Assembly (NCBI GenBank): GCA_965243205.1
Contig: CBDEUK010000001.1
Location: 384,001-448,000 of the forward strand
Direction: 5' to 3'
Source: Gammaproteobacteria bacterium
Lineage (GTDB): Bacteria; Pseudomonadota; Gammaproteobacteria; Eutrophobiales; Eutrophobiaceae
Length of the DNA: 64,000 nucleotides
The translations under genes were made by a program, and so were the position numbers. The notes under the pieces were generated by a model. It had not been told where the DNA came from. It searched no databases and saw nothing but the letters and a program-made list of their open reading frames with translations. Below, one piece after another: positions 60,688 through 64,000 of this stretch (position 1 is its first letter; each line of letters opens with the position of its first letter).

Positions 60688-62811
60688 TTAGAAACCCGTT
60701 TCTCTAATAAACACAGCAAATATTTGTTGTTTCACACGGTTATAGATTGATATAGGTTTAGTCTCAACATGTACTGTGCCACGCAATACATGCATAAAAT
60801 CTAGATTAGGTTGAGTTGGCTCCAGAACAACTTTATAAGTAGCAGATTCAGGTATTTTTTCTTTATCTGAATTATTGCGAGTAACTATTTCACCCCCAAA
60901 TTCATGATTTACATAATCCGTTTCTAAATTTTTTACATTGGAAGTCTGTATTTCATTAATCTTAACTTCAAATTTACTGAGTTCGATATTTTCTGGATAA
61001 AAATGTCCATATTGCTCTATGGCAATACGTGAAATTTCTTTTTCTGATACAAAGGCAACGACTTGGTTATCATGCTCATCTATAATATTCATTAATGGTA
61101 TTTCTTGATTTATCCATCTTTCAGTATGGAGATTGTCATAAACGTCAATCACTTTACCTTTGATTGGTGAATAAATATTTAGCAATTCTGCTTCATTCTC
61201 CAAACCTATTTTTTTTGAATTTAATTCATCAAGACTACTTAACATAACATGAATATCTTTTAGCCCTTCTTTACTCGAACTTAAACGTTTAATTTTTAAC
61301 TCTAGCGCTTCAATTTGTTTTTGAGTTTTTGCTAGTTCTTCAGTTAAAACAGGCGAATCTAATTTTAATAATAATTGATCTTTTTCGATTAGTTCTCCTT
61401 CTGAAACAGCTAGCTCTACAATTTGCGATTCAACTGGTGAAAAGATAGTGATATTTTCAGTGCTTTCTATAATTGCAGGCAATCGGATAGTCGAACTCCA
61501 AGGCAAAAATAAAACATATAAAAAATTTATAAATAACGCCAAAGCAATGTAAAAACGCCTTGATTTAAGGATATTAGTTTTCATACCCCACCACTGTGAA
61601 ATTTCTCGATAAACAGGCAATAAAATAAACCAAACAATTTCTATTAAAAATAATACGATGCCTAATAGTTTGATAAAAAAATGATAGACCAATAAAGCGA
61701 TACCAAGAAATAAAAAAAAACGATAAACCCAGGTAAACCAAGCATAAAACACCATTTTATTCATCGTGGATTTAGGTAAGTTTTCTGGCTTTGGTAAACC
61801 CAACCCAAATAGTATTTCACGCAATTTCCATTGCCCTAACTTAAATGCTCTACCTTGTAAGTTTTCTACACTCCAATAATCAGACAACAAATAATAACCA
61901 TCGAATCTCATAAATGGATTTAGATTAATTGCAACTGACATTAACCAACTACTCGTGGCTAAAAGAAAAACTATGCTTCTAAATACTCCATCATCTAAAA
62001 AAGACCAAACTAAAGTAGCAATACATGCAATATATATTTCAATCTGCATTCCAGCAGCACCAATATGTAAACGCTGTTTTCTTGATTTTATTTTCCAAGA
62101 ATCACTTACATCCGTATAAAGAACTGGAAACATTATTAAGAAAGCAACACCTATCGTGCTTACTTTTGTACCATATCGAGTAGCCGTATAAGCGTGTCCT
62201 AACTCGTGAAATATTTTTAAAAAACAAATTGAAATTAAATAAAGTACTAAACCATTTAAATTAAAAAAATATAAAAAAGAATTTACAAATACATCCCATT
62301 GCCTAGCAACCAAATAAAAACCCAGTATTCCTATTAGAAAAATAAAATAAAAAAATGTTTTGCTATATAAAGGTTCAACGATAGAGAGTGTATTTTTAAG
62401 AAATTTATCAGGCTTAACGAGAGGTATTCTAAAATACAAGTAATTATGCACAATCTGAGAAGCCCAACTTTTTTTAGACTGTTCGTATTGCTCAATATAA
62501 TCATCAATGGTGCCATGCGGCGATAATACTGTTAAACCGTTTCCTTGAAGAAATGTTACAAACTGTTTTATATCGTCTTCTGTAACCCTACAAACTGTTT
62601 CTGCATTCACTTTTTCAATCAAAGTATTTATTGTACCAACAGACCACCTTGAGATAATCTGAAATGCTGACCAACCGATTTTATAATATCGATTTCTTAT
62701 TGGATCGAAGATATTCCAGGTTGGAGAACCATCATATGCTGAAGAAGCCTCTATCAGTTGTAAGTCTTCTCTGATTTTTGGTAATGGTATATCTTCAACA
62801 ATAACGCTCAT
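60688..62811 (-). CDS. M50 (site-2) protease-HlyD membrane-fusion hybrid
   Basis: N-terminal LR.DL...W.I.DP.R..YY.IG, multi-TM core with FHELGHAY and NLNPFMRFDGYY, C-terminal lipoyl/coiled-coil/beta-barrel adaptor region. Confidence 0.85.
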   Translation of the reverse strand: MSVIVEDIPLPKIREDLQLIEASSAYDGSPTWNIFDPIRNRYYKIGWSAFQIISRWSVGTINTLIEKVNAETVCRVTEDDIKQFVTFLQGNGLTVLSPHGTIDDYIEQYEQSKKSWASQIVHNYLYFRIPLVKPDKFLKNTLSIVEPLYSKTFFYFIFLIGILGFYLVARQWDVFVNSFLYFFNLNGLVLYLISICFLKIFHELGHAYTATRYGTKVSTIGVAFLIMFPVLYTDVSDSWKIKSRKQRLHIGAAGMQIEIYIACIATLVWSFLDDGVFRSIVFLLATSSWLMSVAINLNPFMRFDGYYLLSDYWSVENLQGRAFKLGQWKLREILFGLGLPKPENLPKSTMNKMVFYAWFTWVYRFFLFLGIALLVYHFFIKLLGIVLFLIEIVWFILLPVYREISQWWGMKTNILKSRRFYIALALFINFLYVLFLPWSSTIRLPAIIESTENITIFSPVESQIVELAVSEGELIEKDQLLLKLDSPVLTEELAKTQKQIEALELKIKRLSSSKEGLKDIHVMLSSLDELNSKKIGLENEAELLNIYSPIKGKVIDVYDNLHTERWINQEIPLMNIIDEHDNQVVAFVSEKEISRIAIEQYGHFYPENIELSKFEVKINEIQTSNVKNLETDYVNHEFGGEIVTRNNSDKEKIPESATYKVVLEPTQPNLDFMHVLRGTVHVETKPISIYNRVKQQIFAVFIRETGF

Positions 62812-64000
62812 AGGCCAATGTATTGTCTTACAGTAGAAATAGGTCGTCGGAACAAAAAGAAAAATAATGGTACTTTTTCGCCATAAATTTTTGCAGTTCC
62901 TTGCAAACCTATACGCAATTTATTTTCAGGGTTATCAAACTCAGCATATAATCGATACGCTAAAACATTGCTTGGAGTAACTTCAGCGTTATAAGTTGTC
63001 TCAATTAGTTTTGCACTTAATGAATCTAAAGGCGAAATATCCAGAAAAATATCAACTCGAGCATTTTCTTTGAGTAAAATTGAATCAGCAACAGGTAAAT
63101 CAATTTTTAATTTAATTTTTTCTGGGTTTGCAATCTCCATAATACGTTCACCAACTCTTACAGATTTTCCAATCCAATCATCCTTATCCGAATAAATTAA
63201 TAAACCATCTTTTTTTGCTTTAACAACAACCTGACTTAATAATTCCTTTGAGTAATTAAGTTCAGCTTTTCTTAAATCCACTTCTGATTTTAATAATGCA
63301 ATTTCTGCCTTACTTTTTTTATCTCCGAAAGCCGCTTGTTTTACTTTTTTTAATTCAGAAACTGTTACAGATAATGCTTTTTCTGCTAATTCAAATTGAT
63401 TTCTTAGATTAGTATCTTCAAAAATAAATATCTCATCATTTTCTCTAATATAATGATTAGGTTCGTGATTAATCTTTGCAATAACACCATCAATAGGTGC
63501 ACTAATAATCACTGGATCCTTCGCTACTATTTCGACAGGTGCTAAGGCTGACATTCTTACTGGAATTAAACCAGTTAACATCAAGCATGCGGCGATAAAA
63601 TATTTTTTATAATTTTTTATTTTGCTAATAGCAGAAAAAGAATTTTTACCGACTAACGCGCCCCATGCATGCGCATATGTATCAGAAAGATGTTTTATTA
63701 AGGTAATTTCATTATCTTGCCATGCTGTTTCTCTCGAAAACCAAATACCTCCTATTTGTTTACCGTTAGGTATTTTTAATGGTACCCATAAAGCAAATGG
63801 CAAGGAATATTCTTTCCATTCATCTTTAAAATCGGCAGGACAATTATTCCCATGTATCTGAAATACAGAATCAAGCTTGCTATCTTTCTTTAAGAAATTC
63901 GCCAAGCGAGTTAACCAATCTATAAAAGGTGTGTTTTGATCAATGATAGATAAACTGGATACAGCTTCGATGCTTAGTGGTTTATTTTTATTTCCTCTAG
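62808..64000 (-). CDS. HlyD/efflux periplasmic adaptor with N-terminal GAF-like domain (partial, runs off the right edge)
   Basis: Frame stays open to 64000 (..SIEAVSSLSIIDQNTPFIDWLTRLANF..); APIDGV, W.GK.VRVGERIM.IA.P, RIGL.GTAK.YG, RRP; 4-bp overlap with the M50 gene. Confidence 0.85.
   Translation of the reverse strand, partial: RGNKNKPLSIEAVSSLSIIDQNTPFIDWLTRLANFLKKDSKLDSVFQIHGNNCPADFKDEWKEYSLPFALWVPLKIPNGKQIGGIWFSRETAWQDNEITLIKHLSDTYAHAWGALVGKNSFSAISKIKNYKKYFIAACLMLTGLIPVRMSALAPVEIVAKDPVIISAPIDGVIAKINHEPNHYIRENDEIFIFEDTNLRNQFELAEKALSVTVSELKKVKQAAFGDKKSKAEIALLKSEVDLRKAELNYSKELLSQVVVKAKKDGLLIYSDKDDWIGKSVRVGERIMEIANPEKIKLKIDLPVADSILLKENARVDIFLDISPLDSLSAKLIETTYNAEVTPSNVLAYRLYAEFDNPENKLRIGLQGTAKIYGEKVPLFFFLFRRPISTVRQYIGL

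Noticed and set aside
1-64000. Mobile elements, prophage, rRNA/tRNA, CRISPR arrays
   Set aside because: No transposase, integrase or phage genes, terminal repeats or structural RNA signatures were detected by eye.

Overview
AT-rich chromosomal window from a Gammaproteobacterium, probably a free-living marine lineage (inferred from gene content: PomA/PomB-type stator, class III PHA synthase, FabA/FabB, PEP-CTERM-type proteins). It is mostly housekeeping DNA, and I saw no rRNA, tRNA, CRISPR array, transposase or prophage. The left third is a ~20-kb acetyl-CoA cluster: mdh-gltA divergent from sucAB-lpdA-phaA-phaB-phaR-phaB2, converging with phaP-phaE-phaC, followed by ppa-acs and an AcoR-like GAF-HTH regulator that lacks its sigma54 AAA+ domain. 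TGC-N3-GCA (PhaR-type) boxes recur at the phasin, phaA and gltA/sucA promoters. The most striking unannotated element is a 533-bp intergenic region (29710-30242) with two tandem putative sRNA units. Each has CRP-type boxes, a -10 element and a 13-bp terminator stem with a C-rich (anti-Shine-Dalgarno-like) loop. Other notable items: an acetoacetyl-CoA reductase with a ~90-aa phasin-like N-terminal extension, an M48 protease-pilin fusion, a VWA/histidine kinase/response regulator cassette inserted between apbC and metG with an 11-bp-periodic operator, an endonuclease I homolog with substituted catalytic residues, and the end of an M50-protease/HlyD export operon at the right edge. All calls come from reading motifs by eye; no database searches were run.
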